A stretch of DNA of 64,000 bases. Source: Pecten maximus (Eukaryota). Positions 1 to 14,152 of this stretch are shown here, one piece after another. The first letter of the stretch is position 1, and each line of letters begins with the position of its first letter. Under the pieces are notes generated by a model, which did no database searches, had not been told where the DNA came from, and saw only the letters and a program-made list of their open reading frames with translations. Location of the stretch: assembly GCF_902652985.1 (NCBI RefSeq), contig NC_047020.1, forward strand, positions 14,012,001-14,076,000. The letters run 5' to 3'. The translations under genes were made by a program, and so were the position numbers.

Positions 1-568
1 GGAGGTGCCAACAACCGTAATTCCAATACACTTCCTAAGTTTTTATATCTTATTTCATGAGAACATTAAGTTCACGTGTTTGTTCTAATCTGTATCACTG
101 ATGAAAGTTACATGCCATGTTTCTCTAGTTATTTTCCTTATCAAATATCTACCCCTTGCAAGGACAATCGCGTAGAGGATCGGGACATGTTTTTACTTTA
201 TTGCTAGGCCGTTAAGACATTTCATCAGATACTATACTATAACGTGAGTTTCTGTGATTTAACTTAAATTCCGATTGTAAGTAAACACAAATTTGATGAA
301 ATAAAATGATCATGTGTAGACGAAATCGTATTTCATCTTTTGAGGAAAACATATTAATCCTGATCCTGACATAAATCAGGGCGTGTAATGTTTAGGACTA
401 TAGACAAGATTAAGTAATCTAAGAAACAAAACATAAGAATAAGAGCAAGGGATGGTGTAAAGAGGATAACCCGTAACTAGCCGAAGCCATGAATTGTAAA
501 CAAATGATACCGAAAAGTAGGATGACAATTAAATGTCAATAACAGAATAGCAAACAGAACAATCAAAC

Positions 569-1172
569 CGAAGACAATCTCCCGGAGGGAACGGACAGAT
601 CTGATCGGCAAGTTCCATCGCGGAGTCATATGTGGTTTCATTGATGTTAAGACTATACAGAGTAGGAATGCAATAATGTCCTCATTAATTCAGAAACAAC
701 ACATACTAGAAGTAACAGAAATATAAACACTAAATCAAAACCAATGACGCTATTTCTAAAAGTTCTAAAAGTCAAGAAGGAAACTTCAGTAACAGTAATT
801 TTCAGTAAAACATCAAAACCTGGCTATCAAATAATTCCTCCAATTTTATATCTTAGCCAAAATTAGTTTAGAAAATGTTGTTTACAAATACGTATTAGTT
901 GTATATTGGTCTTTTGGCGGATAACCTGGTGTCACGTTTGAAATAATCACAGAGGTCCAAAACCAAGTTGACAACCTCGTCAACGACGAACCCAATCTGT
1001 GTTCTAGTCACAGCAGTAGAAAACAGGTATATGAGCAAAGGATGAAAATGTATTTTGATAATTTTACCCTTGTATATGGTTACCCACCAGAAGAACCATC
1101 CTCCCGATAATGCCAGACGACTATACATGCGAGTGTCAACACGCCTATTGTTACATGCCAGGGCCACCTCAT
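569..1172 (-). CDS. Putative 5' coding exons (1172-1084, 1003-926, 652-569) of a small secreted/membrane Cys-containing protein; gene probably continues off the left end
   Basis: Three AG..GT-bounded segments joined by phase-2 introns stay in one open frame: MRWPWHVTIGVLTLACIVVWHYREDGSSG|GTQIGFVVDEVVNLVLDLCDYFKRDT|SLNINETTYDSAMELADQICPFPPGDCL. The N-terminus is hydrophobic. The internal exons are 78 and 84 nt and preserve phase. Confidence 0.45.
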
Positions 1173-1966
1173 GACAGGACATGTAAAACGATAGCACCTG
1201 CAATATATGTAAATAACATGTAAAGCAAAAGGAAAACATTTAGATTTTCATGGACAGGTGAGGTGTAATTAACTCCCAGCACAAAGAAAGGTGACATAAT
1301 AGGAATTACATATCAGTCATCATCAAAATATTAACTCTCGGTCTATTGTCGCAGGCAAACGATATATATCTCTGTTAAGTGTCTCCAGAATCATTTAATA
1401 CAGCAGTAAGTTGTAAATTCTAATTTATCAGTGTTTTTGTACTGATTGTAGACAAGAATCAACAGGTAAATTAGGGGAATCATTCACTACATGTAAGCAT
1501 CAGGGTTCTGGAATTTCGATATACTAGTAAAGAATGTTATATTATGCGAGTCAATTACTCTTGAACTGTAAGTTTAATTGGAATGTCTGACCTTTAAGTA
1601 ACCCAGTAGTTCCTTAACAAATAGTTGATCGATTCTTCTTGAACTCTAAAGCAAACATGAGTTCCTACACTAAGGCATGTAGTGCTCAGTGTTACTTTAA
1701 CATCGGTTTTACCTGTTGGTTTACAAGGTATTCTCAAGACTTCAAGTGAGATATTAGTTTTGGTATATAGTGTTTTCGTTTAAACTGCTATTTCATGATT
1801 TATATTAGTTTAATGAAGTGGATTGAGCAAGGATTTCATGCAAGTGAAGGCATACCTTTTGGTCTAGCCACCTGTTACTGTCTCTATATTAATTAACTTT
1901 GATGTCTACACTTGTTTATTTCATTCGGAACTGCATCACTGTTATATTTGTTTATATTTATGTTAA

Positions 1967-1994
1967 AGTGTGTATGTGTGTGTGTGTGTGTGTG
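1967..1994. repeat. (TG)n microsatellite
   Basis: Directly visible TG run. Confidence 0.9.
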
Positions 1995-2139
1995 CAAGTG
2001 CTTTATGTAACATATTCTGTGTTTATCTTGTGTTAGAAAAATAGTTACTTCCCTTTAATTCCTTTGTTTATATTATGTATTTCATTTCAAAATATTTAGA
2101 CCAATTAATTTATAAGATTGTAATTATATTCGATCACTC

Positions 2140-2232
2140 AATCCACCATGGAAAGAATTTATATAGGCTTGCCTGTTATTCGATCCAATTGATATTAACA
2201 TCATGTCAATAAAATTTGTTGAAATGAAATAC
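2140..2232 (+). mobile_element. 3' tail remnant of a CR1-type LINE
   Basis: Short stem followed by caataaaatttgttgaaatgaaat, resembling the tail at 5092-5165. Confidence 0.3.
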
Positions 2233-5091
2233 CTTAAAGTAATTCAAAAGAGAAATGTTGTTACATATAAGATTACTGAAAATTTGAGTCGACCAGAAGT
2301 TCAAGATCCAAAAGGTATAACCGGAGATCCACGGACTGTAAATAAAACGTGAGTTTCTTATGTAGTAAAGGAAGTGCTCCTATACTATGATATAACACGG
2401 TGTCCTTAACCATGAATGAACCAATCAGCTGTCATATAAATGAGCGATGGACATTGATGTGTTATATTCAGGTCATATGGCCTTGCTAAACGCGAGAGAA
2501 ATGTCACTGGAAATATATTGTGACAAACGAGACAATGTATTAACTAGCGTTTGATACAGGAAAGACAGGGAAAGAACCAGACAGTGTGACGTGTTTCTTT
2601 TTCGTAGAATACACAATATTACGTTTACTCTTGCCTACATTATTATATTACGAGGTTTTTTAAAAACTAACCTATACAGTATGTATTACGTTCATTATTA
2701 CATCAATTCATTATTATATTACATGGAATGTAATAACTATGCAGGGTTACGTTTACTCGTGTATTCTTGCATACAGTATTATATAACAAAGACTATAAAA
2801 GATATACAGTATTACGTTCACAATACAAAATATACATTATTACATTAGGTTTTACAATAATATAGATCATAAAGTTTAATTATGTCAAATATCACGTGGA
2901 GTATAGGTGATCTTTTATTAAAGGGAAAAGGATCTACGATATTTCACACAAAGACATCGTCCGCTTTAATGGATATTACTATAAAATGTGTCATAAAACA
3001 TACGAAACTTTCATTTACCGTGGTGGATATTACGCGAGAAATGTAAATGGTGTACATGTATGTTGAAAGTCGGTGTTTAAATATCATCGGTACGATATCA
3101 ATGAAAACAAGTGTCAATATCTCCTGATGACAGTGAAAAAATGGAAGGTTTTTTTCAATTAATTTACTTTACTTGGTCTGTTACTTGGGAGGTGTTTCAT
3201 TGAAAATAGGACATAAAATAATTTGTATTAGAAACAATTTCACAAGTAAACATATGTCTCCCGTTCTTACCTTGGTTCGTCCCGTCTGGTTAATCCTACA
3301 TTGCCTAGTGGTGTGATATAATTGCCTGATTAGTCCTCTCCTTATCTGTAATGCATACCAATATGAGCATGTTTGCGATATATTAACTGTGCCGGTCCAT
3401 TGCCTACAGCAATATGTAGCACATGCTCCACACAGGTCCCTTATAAAGCGCAGTACAGTCCACAATGAGCTATGGTCATTCACATACGACAACAATGACA
3501 CATATGTCAGCGCCTATCATGCCTGTTATGTTCAGGTGACAGCACAGTCCCCAGGCGAAATTTTCATAGACTCAGTAATATAAAAAAAATAGAGAAAAAG
3601 TCAACGCATGTTAAAAAGTCACCATTAATAAAGAAATTTATGCTAGGTAATTATTTTCCCTTGTGTTGTAATAGTGCAAACAAACATGAACTCTGTTATG
3701 CAAACTGTTACGTAAGTAATATATACAGAACGCAAGAAATTTGATAGTTTACATTTTGTAGAATCGCTCCACTCCATAACAAATGGCAGAATAAACCACG
3801 AAATAAAACCAAAAATGTAAATTTATTACCAATTAATTTTTTGTCATCGGTAACTTTAATGCTTGTAGGTCATGTATTTATTACCAAACCATGCTTTATG
3901 GGAGGAGAAAACGAAGTGTATCTCGCGTCTGGTCCTTTTTTGTAAATATTTTGTAAAATCAGAACAGTAAAAAAAATCGGTTTCAGACTTGTGACACCTT
4001 CTTTTGGAATATCCTGTCACGATCTTACCATGGACAGGAGATACAATTTATGCCGCCCCTGATTTCATGCACAGCATAATTTGACATTGTCAGTCAAAGT
4101 GTATTAGACGTATATTTTAAGTTGTATTACATAATATGATCACAAGTTTCAACACTCAAAACGCATAAGGCAAACATTGTTACATGTACCACAGTGCTCT
4201 TCAGGCATTCACACGTGCTATGTGAGTACAAGTATTAAGTGGCATTCACACGTATAATTCAAGACGTGTTGATAAAATGTGAAACTATCAATATGCAAAT
4301 ATATGCATATAAATCCTTAAATGAAAACACGATGTGTTTCGGACTATTTAGATTATATTCAAAACTTTAAATACACGTGACATTTTACCTTCTCCTAGTT
4401 TACCCTGGATTACATAGAAACAGATAGAAAGGTGTTAAATGACTGAACAATATATGTTTAATTAACAACACAAAACAGCAGAATGTGCGATATATGATTT
4501 AATTAATTATTCAAACCAAAGACGAATACAATGGAATATAAGTATTAATATAATGGAACAGAATATAAAACTACTGTGTCGACAAGTTTTGAGTATGTAA
4601 ATTCAAAGTATTGTTTTCAAACATATACTTATTGTCAAAAATCTTGATATATGTATCAAAGGAAATTAGAAAGTTTATGAAAATACAGGTATTTTGAACA
4701 ATTAAGGAAAATTGACGTGAAAAAGTAATGTTCACTTTGATAAGTAAGAGTTCTTTACAGATTGTTAAATCATTATTAATCAGGTTCGTATAATAAAGAC
4801 AGAGTTAAGCAAACATATATTACAAACAATCACTGTGTGTTATCTGTGTGAGAATTGTCGGATTGTGCAATGGACAGCTCATCAATGTTTACCAAGAAGA
4901 CGACCGGGGTTCGAGTCATCAATCTGACTCGTAAAGGTGATCTTTGTCTACAAAAATATGTCTAGATCTCCTCTAGTCTCCTACCATATATCAAACCCGC
5001 TAACTTCTAGGCTCATATAATCCATAAGCAAGCAGAGTATCGGTATTCAGTTGAAGTTTTTCCATCAGACTAATCATATGCAGTACGTTTA

Positions 5092-5228
5092 GTTTAAACA
5101 TATTTTATTGTCTTCTGTGCAATCGGGATTGGGCACAAGTTATACAACTTATCTAAAGCCTTCTCCCTTAAATATTACAATCATAAATTACACAAATAAA
5201 TCGATATATAGGCTTACATATGTATATT

Positions 5229-5284
<56 letters not shown>

Positions 5285-6280
5285 TTTGGATTTAACATAA
5301 GTATTTATTTATTATATGCGTGCTTGCGACGATCTTTACCAATACCGGCGGCAAAAGTTGAAGCTTTCCACTGTTCCAAGCTCACTGCTTATACTAATGT
5401 CCAAATAATCCAATCCATGGTGAGCGTTCCCCTGATCATTCCTTTCTTTCTTTGAAATACGTTTCTCCTATGCCGTCGGTATTGGAAAAGATATAACCAT
5501 ACACTTGAAATAAGTAATTTGTACAAAAGTCGTAATTTAAAAGAGATATAAGGAAGATCAAAAGGAGGGGGGGGGGGGGAGGGGGGGGGGTTAGAATCTA
5601 TTTGAATCCTGAATGAATTCCTGAGTGTACATGAAAATGAGTTCGTTTTCTCGATCAGACAAGTTAGAATCTCCAAAGAGCAATAGATTTACGGTAAGGT
5701 GAATATATGTATTGAGATTACGAAATAGTGTTATTCTTTGGTCTACAACTAAATTGGCCCTAAATAAGTGATTTCTTAATGTACTGGCACGGTTCCTTAA
5801 ACGAGTATGTAAAATGTTATGTTCCCTTTCGCCATAGAAAAATAGTTCGGTAATTTATGTATATCTGTGTTGCGGATGGCATTTTTAAAGGCTGAAAGTG
5901 AAACAGTATGTCTTATGTTAAGGGGAACTGATTCCATTGTCTGATTGTAGAAGGAATGAAAGATTGATAGGAAGATTCTAGTCTGTTGTTTGGCAAAACA
6001 TAGTTTTCGGAATTGCAGAGATTGTGTGTGGAGTTATCAGAAACAAGACTAGGGAGTAGAGTGGTAAGGTAGCTAGGAGTAAAGTGATTATGTATTTTGT
6101 AAAACAGTAGTAGTTTTCTACGAGAACGACGCTGGGATAAAGGTTCCCAACCCGTTTCAGTATAAAGAGATTGTCTACTGGCATAAGAGGGTAGACCAGT
6201 GACAATGCGGCCAGCTTCTAGTTGTATTTTTTCTAATCTATCAGCGTCGGCTAAAGAACAGCCATCCCATGCAAAGTTCA
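5092..6280 (-). mobile_element. 5'-truncated CR1-clade (CR1-Zenon-like) LINE: ORF2 C-terminus plus 3' UTR
   Basis: ORF 5913-6281 reads WD..LEKIQLEAGRIVTG..LYTETGWEPLSQRR. The C-terminus VNLLLFGDSNLSDRENELIFMYTQEFIQDSNRF* ends at 5591. The 3' tail is ggagaagg...caataaaatatgtttaaac. Homologous to 44330-45990. Confidence 0.85.
5233..5282. repeat. (GA)n microsatellite inside the LINE 3' UTR
   Basis: Directly visible. Confidence 0.95.
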
Positions 6281-6999
6281 CAACACTATTTAAGGACAGT
6301 AAGAACGAAAGATCTATATATTCTATTCAGTGTTGTTCTATTTAGAGTATATTTTTACGTATATTTCGGTATAATACAATAATGCAATAACAAAGCTACT
6401 CTATACATATTTATAGTTATTATCAAACACACTGTAGTCTTCTCCTGTAAACACAAAAAGCAAACAAACGGGGAAAAGACAAGAAATACTTATTTGTCAA
6501 TTTCTTACACAGTCCCTGCATTCAAAATTTGAATTAACTTAAACATCCAAAGGAGCTTAAAAAGGTCATGTCATCAGGTGAATTTCATTAATTACGGCCA
6601 TGGCACTTCAAAATATAATGAAATTCTTTGCACACATAATCTACGATGTCCACTCACAGAAATATGTCAATCATGTCAACAAAATGTGCATCAGTGAAAA
6701 GTTACAAAATTTTACCTAGACCTTTAACTTTTATTTTTGTACCCGGTGTGTCCCGGCATATATTTTGTGAAGTGAACATTTTAGACCAAATTTCTTGTAA
6801 ATCGGACAATAAATACGAAAATTACCAGCCGGGCCATAATCAGAATATAGCGAAAATAAGAACATAATATCTATAAAGAAAATATTTAAACGATATAAAA
6901 ATATAAAACTTAATATTGTACGTAAATATTATATGGAATAAAAAGAAGAAAATAATACATAGAATATTTAGTTTGTGGTGTAGCATTGATACTGGCTAC

Positions 7000-7106
7000 A
7001 TGGGAAAGGAATTAATATAAGCTCTAAGCTTGTTTTCCCATCCCATAAAAAATATTTTTATATGTATTGATTATTTTGATTAATGAATAAAATATTGTTT
7101 AAACTA
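7000..7106 (+). mobile_element. Isolated CR1-type LINE 3' tail
   Basis: Ends aataaaatattgtttaaact, like the tail at 5092-5110. Confidence 0.45.
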
Positions 7107-7138
7107 ATGTCTATTTCGCTGAGTAAGTTTTAACAGAA

Positions 7139-7291
7139 TCACCAATCAAATATGTCACTTGTCCATCTAACAGAATTACATAAAATTCTGATGATGTCAC
7201 ATCCTACGTTGCAGAGGTCTTCATGCAGGTTCACTTCCTCGGGTTCGTCCAAACACTGAATTGTCGTCGCATAAGTCCATAGAAAGACTCC
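7139..7291 (-). CDS. Probable last coding exon of the pseudokinase gene
   Basis: ttttgtaag|GGA GTC... reads GVFLWTYATTIQCLDEPEEVNLHEDLCN..., in phase 0 with the micro-exon. Confidence 0.45.
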   Translation of the reverse strand, partial: GVFLWTYATTIQCLDEPEEVNLHEDLCNVGCDIIRILCNSVRWTSDIFDW

Positions 7292-7367
7292 CTTACAAAA
7301 CAATAATTCATTGTAATAATATACGTTCAACGCTAGTGTAAAAATAGATTGTACAAAAGACACATAC

Positions 7368-7390
7368 GATATCTACACCCTTCAATACAC
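7368..7390 (-). CDS. 23-nt micro-exon of the pseudokinase gene
   Basis: cccag|GT GTA TTG AAG GGT GTA GAT ATC|gtatgt, phase 1 in and phase 0 out. Confidence 0.5.
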
Positions 7391-7473
7391 CTGGGAGTAA
7401 GATGACGTAGAGCCAAAATGATATTAACAGCACCAAAAAATTGTTTAAATTGTACTTATAAATATACACTCAC

Positions 7474-7582
7474 GTAGTTGTTCAAAGTAGGGATGTTTAC
7501 GGAGCCTGGACGCTGAGATCCGTCGTTCCTTGTCCGGTTCAAGTAAATGTGCCACCAGATGATTAATTAAAGGAGGCGGATT
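7474..7582 (-). CDS. Pseudokinase exon, subdomain XI
   Basis: taaag|...NPPPLINHLVAHLLEPDKERRISASRLRKHPYFEQL|gtgagt matches the LL..DP..R.SA..LL.HP.F pattern. Confidence 0.85.
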
Positions 7583-7800
7583 CTTTAAGATAAAACAAAC
7601 TGTAAATAGTAACCGATGTTGTAGCTCTGTACGCTCTGAAAAGGCCGTAGCGAAATACTAACCCCTCAGCCTTACCCCTAGAAATGTTATTTCATTAGAT
7701 ATGCGATTAGCTGACGAGGAATCGACATGTTTTATAGCTATATTATAGACCGACAGAAGCTCGATATGATTCTTGTTGCTTTGGTTAGCCAGTCTGTTAC

Positions 7801-7925
7801 CTGGATTTGAGCTATTATCCCTTGCAGTAACTGACCGATGCTATGCATATCTCTTGCTTTGCCTTCCCAGATAAATCGTGTCAGGGGGTCGATTCCTTCT
7901 AGACGACATTCAGTCAGAAAATTTT
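7801..7925 (-). CDS. Pseudokinase exon, subdomains VIII-IX
   Basis: cacag|...ENFLTECRLEGIDPLTRFIWEGKARDMHSIGQLLQGIIAQIQ|gtaaca; DMHSIG resembles DxWSxG. Confidence 0.8.
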
Positions 7926-9955
7926 CTGTGTAAATATTCAAAATTTCTTAACATAAGCAGCACGAGTTACCAAAAGCATACTACGTTCACACTAAAGTAT
8001 TGAATTAAACAGTTCTTTCTGTGCATATTTTATTATAAATACGCATGAGAATTAGAAAAAGCATATTTACACAAATACGTTTGTCGCATTTATATCCGTT
8101 ATATTTTGTGTTTGCTATTTTAGCTTTCATTTTATTCATATAACACATATGCATAAAACATAATTATGTAATATTTTCCGCGCTTTCTGTGTACATTTCC
8201 GGAAATTATAACATTAAAAGTCGGTGGGAAAAATTATTTAAATCAATTTAAACATATTCATAATCTGCGATATGCAATTATAATTACATGCATGTTAAAA
8301 TATGTCATATCATATAAACTACGTGATTGAGTTACATTTCTAATAATAAAAATGCACGGAAATGATTGTCTTTAATGTTAAAGTTCACTCCGTGAACGAA
8401 TGATTCCACATGCCACTTAGGAATATGATATGTGACAGCGTCTGTGTCAGTTATATCATTAATTGAGATAGCAAATTAGAATTCTTGGCAGATAATAATA
8501 CCGAATCATATATATAAATTTGTTTACGTGCTTTCGAGAGATAAACCGACAACTCAAGTTGATGTTAAATGAAATATACAAGCCTATTTTTGTAGATGTT
8601 GTAAACAGAAAGGACAGGGAAACCTGGGATATTTATAGAGGTACAAACATGTGTCAGTGTGGTATTAATAGAACAAGAAGAGGGCATTTTTATAAAATGT
8701 TACGACACTATCACCTTGATATAATGAAAATGTCTTTACCTTCCGTTTCATCTAATTCTATTATACAATATAAAACTGGTTTAGTGAATGTGAAAATAGC
8801 ATTTTATTTTTTTCAGTTTTAAAACCTGTTGTATGTTGTATGTACGTAAAGAATACAAGCCAAAAATTGTATTGTATGTAGAATAGTGGACAGTCTGATA
8901 TTCTAGTTAAAGCATACATCTTCTTTGTGTTTATATCGGACAGGTTTGATATCTGTTTAACATGTGCAGTGAACCACGAAGGCTATTGATACAGCAAAAG
9001 GACGATGGAGTCATACAGCATACTTTGCAGGCTTTTGTAGAAGTGCATGCATTACAGGTGTGTGAAATATGCCAGAGTAGAATTTAGTCCCATCTTGATA
9101 ATGTCGTCCAACAATAAAGGCGCATTCCCAACACGTGTGCAGTATATTTGGAGCATCGGCATGCAGTATTGAAATGGATGAAATTCTAACAATGTGATTG
9201 ATTTATTCACGAAATTGATGGTGTATTTCTAGGACTATATCTGTGAGATAATGAATGAAAAAAATAAACAGCACAATTGAAGTGAGAAAGTTCAAGATTT
9301 CAACACCATCTCCAAACTACATTTCACCAAATCAAAGACATATCACGGCCATAAATCTGGAGTTATTTTGTTCACATAAATTGTGGTGGGGGATGTTCCA
9401 TCAACACCAAAATGTTATTCCTAAAATTGAAGAATTCAAAGGGAAATGCACGTAATGCCTGGCAAGTGTTTGGATATTTATTAGTTCCGTGTTTCAAACT
9501 TTTTTAAAGGAAAATGTAAAGTGCATAGAAAGTCTGAATATAAATACCGGATATTCTTTAGGAATGTTGATATTCAAATTATGTGTGACATTTAATAGAT
9601 ATTTATTTTCCCGTTATTCTATTACAGTTTTTCATTGTATAACATGATTATATGCTCACTCAAAAGCTTACCGTGAGCTGTCCACTATTTTGCCTGTATC
9701 CGTCCAAAAGGTTACACGTGACTGTCTAATAAATGCATTTTTTGTGTACTTGTTGGACTGATACAAGTAACTTATTAGACGGCTACATGGTATGTCGAAT
9801 ATAGCACGCAAATGTCAAAGGATGATGCCACAACTGTTTTTTTTAATTATATGGATATAGAGGCTTATAAAGAGTCTAATGTATCTATCAAATCATATCA
9901 GATAAGAGAACGGACATCAACGAGACATTTTTTATTCATTTAATCGCCTCCATAC

Positions 9956-10060
9956 CTCTGAGATGTTGCTTCTCAATACTCGTCCTTGTCATCACTGATA
10001 TGGACGGGAAGAATTGAATGGTGCTGGAGCCTAGCTCTGCATCCAACAGAAGCATGCCAC
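9956..10060 (-). CDS. Pseudokinase exon, subdomain VII region (no DFG)
   Basis: ccgaag|...GMLLLDAELGSSTIQFFPSISVMTRTSIEKQHLR|gtatgg; 105 nt, phase 1/1. Confidence 0.75.
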
Positions 10061-10722
10061 CTTCGGGGAGAAAATAATAAACTCTAAACAACATCTTGAA
10101 AGTGTTCTTAAATCAGTTTATCAAATTAACGTGTGTTATATAGATAATAAAACTAATGCCTACACGTTATAAAGCATAATCAAATTTATATTAGTGATGT
10201 CCAGAATTAATTAAATTTTTCGTGACATTTTGAAGCATTAAATGTAGTCAAATTGGTGGGTTACACATCGGAAAGCTATACAGATCAATAACTAGAAAGT
10301 GAAATGTGGTTTATGAAATTGAAACAATGTCTAATAAAACGAAATCAGATTTTGCTTAAACGGAATAATAATTGAAGAAATACAAAATAAAATTAGTGTA
10401 CAGGGTGTCTGTCAATAACAAAAAAAATATAAAACTATATGAAATATACATGTATCTGTAGACATAAGAACGAGCTCCGGTGTGTGACGGTTCGCTGACA
10501 AGTCGTCCGAGATAGATGTGGTATACAAACATATATTCCTGTAATACAAATCAATATGAAGAAAATGTAAACAGTCGACAGAATACGTTACATTTCGCAC
10601 TACCATTATTTGTCACTTTTCCTTTTTTGTTTATCGTATTTACTTAATGTTGCTGCATTTTCTTCTGTGTTAACATCTTACCTGTGTGACGTCTTAGTAT
10701 ACCTTGTGATGGTCATACCTAC

Positions 10723-10878
10723 CACCGATTCCTCCCAGAATCACGTCTTTCGAGTGCAGTGTCTCTATTCCGCGGACCAGCTGTTCCATGAAGATCCTCA
10801 TACCCTTGAGGTTATCCATAAACCTCCCCGCGTTCACCACAGACGTTAATACATCATGTCCTGTTATAGAGTTCAGCA
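10723..10878 (-). CDS. Pseudokinase exon, subdomains VIa-VIb
   Basis: tcag|...MRIFMEQLVRGIETLHSKDVILGGIG|gtaggt resembles (Y/L)..Q.L.GLEYLHS..ILHGD, with HGD replaced by LGG. Confidence 0.85.
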
Positions 10879-12347
10879 CTGACAGTTAATAACGTATATT
10901 TTCGTAAAGAATAAACAAAAACAGCTTTATGATATTTATTTACAAAACAAAAGCTTTCGAATATCAGAGGGAAAATATTGACTGTCTAACGGATATACTC
11001 TGGACAGATCGAGTTACCCTGTACAAGTACTCGAAACGATTAAAATAAATGTTTTGTCATTTGTTATTAAATTTGTTTTATTCAATATTGACTGTTGAAA
11101 TACAATAGAACTCGTTCGGCCTTTAACGTGCCTCTTTAAAACTAATTATCTATAAGCCATTTTTCTTTTTTTTAATCATTGATCGGTAAAATGGTTAAGT
11201 AAAAAATATGCCAATGTTCCTAAATAATACTATATTGCTATGTGATAAACTTTTAAACATATCCTAAACATCGAAAATAAGTCAACCTCAGAAATACGCA
11301 TATCCCAAAAACAAGCCTACCCCCTCAATAAGTATATCCTGAAAATAAATGTGGCAGTATGAGACTTATAATGATTATGTGTGGTGTTTTCCTGTGTTTA
11401 TATCAACTAAATGTATATATATAGTTTAAATTATTTTACGGGGGCACCAATTTAACTCTTTTTGCCATGAACATAAAAGGCAATGCATCCTTACTGTTAG
11501 TGTGTTATCTGTACCTGTTAGTTTCTTTACTTTGTATGACACCTTACAGACAGAGTGACATTTGGTTAATCTGTGACTGGCTTATCTAAGCAGATGTGGT
11601 GTTAAGATGAGGATGGGCTATATGCGATACCTGAGAAGTCAGTCAGGTGGATCGACAGCATAATTACAGTTAAGTCATTCCAAGGCTTGATATTTCATAA
11701 GTCTTTGTAATAGTTGTATAAAAGTAACCATCGTATTATGGTAGTATGCTGTATACAGTTAAGGTAGGGTATATGTGGTATTGATATTCAAATTAAAGAT
11801 AATTATTGTATCTTTATTTAGAAAATAGCCATGTGAGTGTTTCCATATTTCAAGAACATTGAAGGTCACCAGTTAATAATGTTCAGTAAAACATTGTGAT
11901 GAAGGAAATAACTAATGTATAGGTTATTTGTTAATGTCATTGAACAAGAGGATTAAATATTTACTATGGTTTCATTCACTTATACACTGAGGTGTCTAAA
12001 TTCCCAAAAATGGAGTTGGCGGGAAAACTCTTGTCCAATCATGCAGGGTATGTACTGTCCTTAAAGGTTTCATCCAAAAAGTACAATACTATGTACTGTT
12101 ACTGTATGCATTGTGTTTACATCTAGCAGTGAGAATGTACAGTCAGTTCTGTGTGAATTGCCATAATGATGTATCATTATTAATTATATTCAATAATGAA
12201 GATAATCGTATTCTGTGAAAAGTTTCTAAGAATAAACGTAATTAATGTGGTAACATTTAAAGTATAAAAAGTATGAAAATAAAAGTGTTTTCTAGAAATA
12301 GGGTAAACTGTTGTAATTGATTGAGTAAGAGTTATTTCTCTTGGAAG

Positions 12348-12413
12348 GTGAGTGAGTGAGTGAGTGAGTGAGTGAGTGAGTGAGTGAGTGAGTGAGTGAG
12401 TGAGTGAGTGAGT
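12348..12413. repeat. (GAGT)n microsatellite
   Basis: Directly visible. Confidence 0.95.
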
Positions 12414-13321
12414 AGAATTGTGTGTAACTATGTTTAGTATTTGTAATTTTAGGGGATTTGCTCGAGTCGTGTCCTAAAAGTAAAGACAATAAAAGAACCA
12501 GACTGGATCGTTCGAGTCACATATAGTGCATGCCAGTAGTTTCTTCAAAACTGACTTTTAAATAAACTTTTTTGAAAATGAGTCCTTAAAATTTTGTAAT
12601 GCTTTATAGTGTGAAAAAGTAATAACAATACAATAGCTTATGTTATGCATATCATAATAATAATATAGTTGCGACAACGATTACACTTTTTCTCACAAAC
12701 ATGACAACTAAGGTGTAGGAGTATATCAAACGAACACCAACAAAGATAAACAATATCCTGAAAGTGAACGTTTATTAAACCTGAAGTTACATGTCAAATG
12801 TACCGGCAAAATTTATCATTTATTCACATAGAACTTGAAAAATACAAAGAGAAAATCAAACTTCTGGAAGGAGGTTGCATTCCATGGAAACTTTGAAAAG
12901 AATAAAGAGTCAATACTGACAACACGACCCTATGCTATCATGCTCTGCATGCACGAAAGAAAGAAAAGCTAAGGAAATAATTTGCAGTGGGGAAAAACAG
13001 AGAAACAAAGTCACGCTTCAATGGCATTCACATCATGCTTTTAAGACATACAAATTATGTTCTATTCAGTAAATGATCTAATAATAACATGCGATGCTGT
13101 TTACATACATTATCTTCATTTCCTTCATCGGGTTTACAAAGGATACAATACACATTTTATGTGATAATGTTTATATACATTTTATGTTATGTGATAATAT
13201 GTTTACAAATAAAAACGAGAAATGGTAGTCATTTGGGATCATATAAATTTGACTGTAAAATAAAATAAAATAAAAACAATAGAAATACCGACATATCAAC
13301 AGAATCGTAAGTATATTAGGC

Positions 13322-13740
13322 ATTGATTACCTAGGACAAATACTACATTTATAGACTGATTAACTAGGACAAACACTAGTTTTAAAGACTGATAAACTAG
13401 GACAAACACAACATTTATAGACTGATTAACTAGGACAAACACTAGTTTTAAAGACTGATAAACTAGGACAAACACTAGATTTATAGACTGATTAACTAGG
13501 ACAAACACTAGTTTTAAAGACTGATTAACTAGGACAAACACTAGTTTTAAATACTGATAAACTAGGACAAACACTAGTTTTTAAGACTGATTAACTAGGA
13601 CAAACATAACATTTATAGACTGATAAACTAGGACAAAAACTACATTTATAGACTGATAAACTAGGACAAACACTACATTTATAGCCTGATAAACTAGGAC
13701 AAACACAACATTTATAGACTGATTAACTAGAACAAACACT
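13322..13740. repeat. Intronic minisatellite, 33-bp unit (AACTAGGACAAACACTAGTTTTAAAGACTGATW), ~12 copies
   Basis: aactag recurs at 13395, 13428, ... Confidence 0.95.
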
Positions 13741-14152
13741 CATGAATGAAGTATGAACTTCAAATGTAAGTTCAGTGTGAACTGCGAATGAAGTGTGAAA
13801 TCCATCTATTTATCTATTTGCATAGAAATATGACTATATGTTATGAACAGGAATAAAATAGAAAGTAAATGTGCACCTAAATTACAGTGTATACACATCC
13901 TATTTTTCCGACTTAAGTTTACATGCACCTTATTTGGGGATATTATAGCTTCTAAGCAGGTAAGCCCATGTACACTTTAATCAACATTTATTATACACAT
14001 CTGTTCACTTTATACTCCTGCTGAATGTTTCATGAAACCATTGCCATTTTGGAGACGAAATCAAAAGACACCGATTCGTATTATGTTTCAGACAGTAGCA
14101 TTTATAACTAATGATTCATAGTATGTATTTGATGACTCGTAAATCAACCTAC

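Noticed and set aside
895-1239. 114-aa ORF as a single-exon gene
   Set aside because: It spans intron sequence; the spliced model in a different starting frame explains it better
8950-9240. Possible extra pseudokinase exon
   Set aside because: The in-phase frame hits TAA after 12 codons, and the flanking exons already join in frame without it
11400-12300. Very old LINE RT remnant on the minus strand
   Set aside because: Only faint motif hints; cannot be supported without an alignment
13296-13574. 92-aa hydrophobic ORF
   Set aside because: Translation of the 33-bp minisatellite
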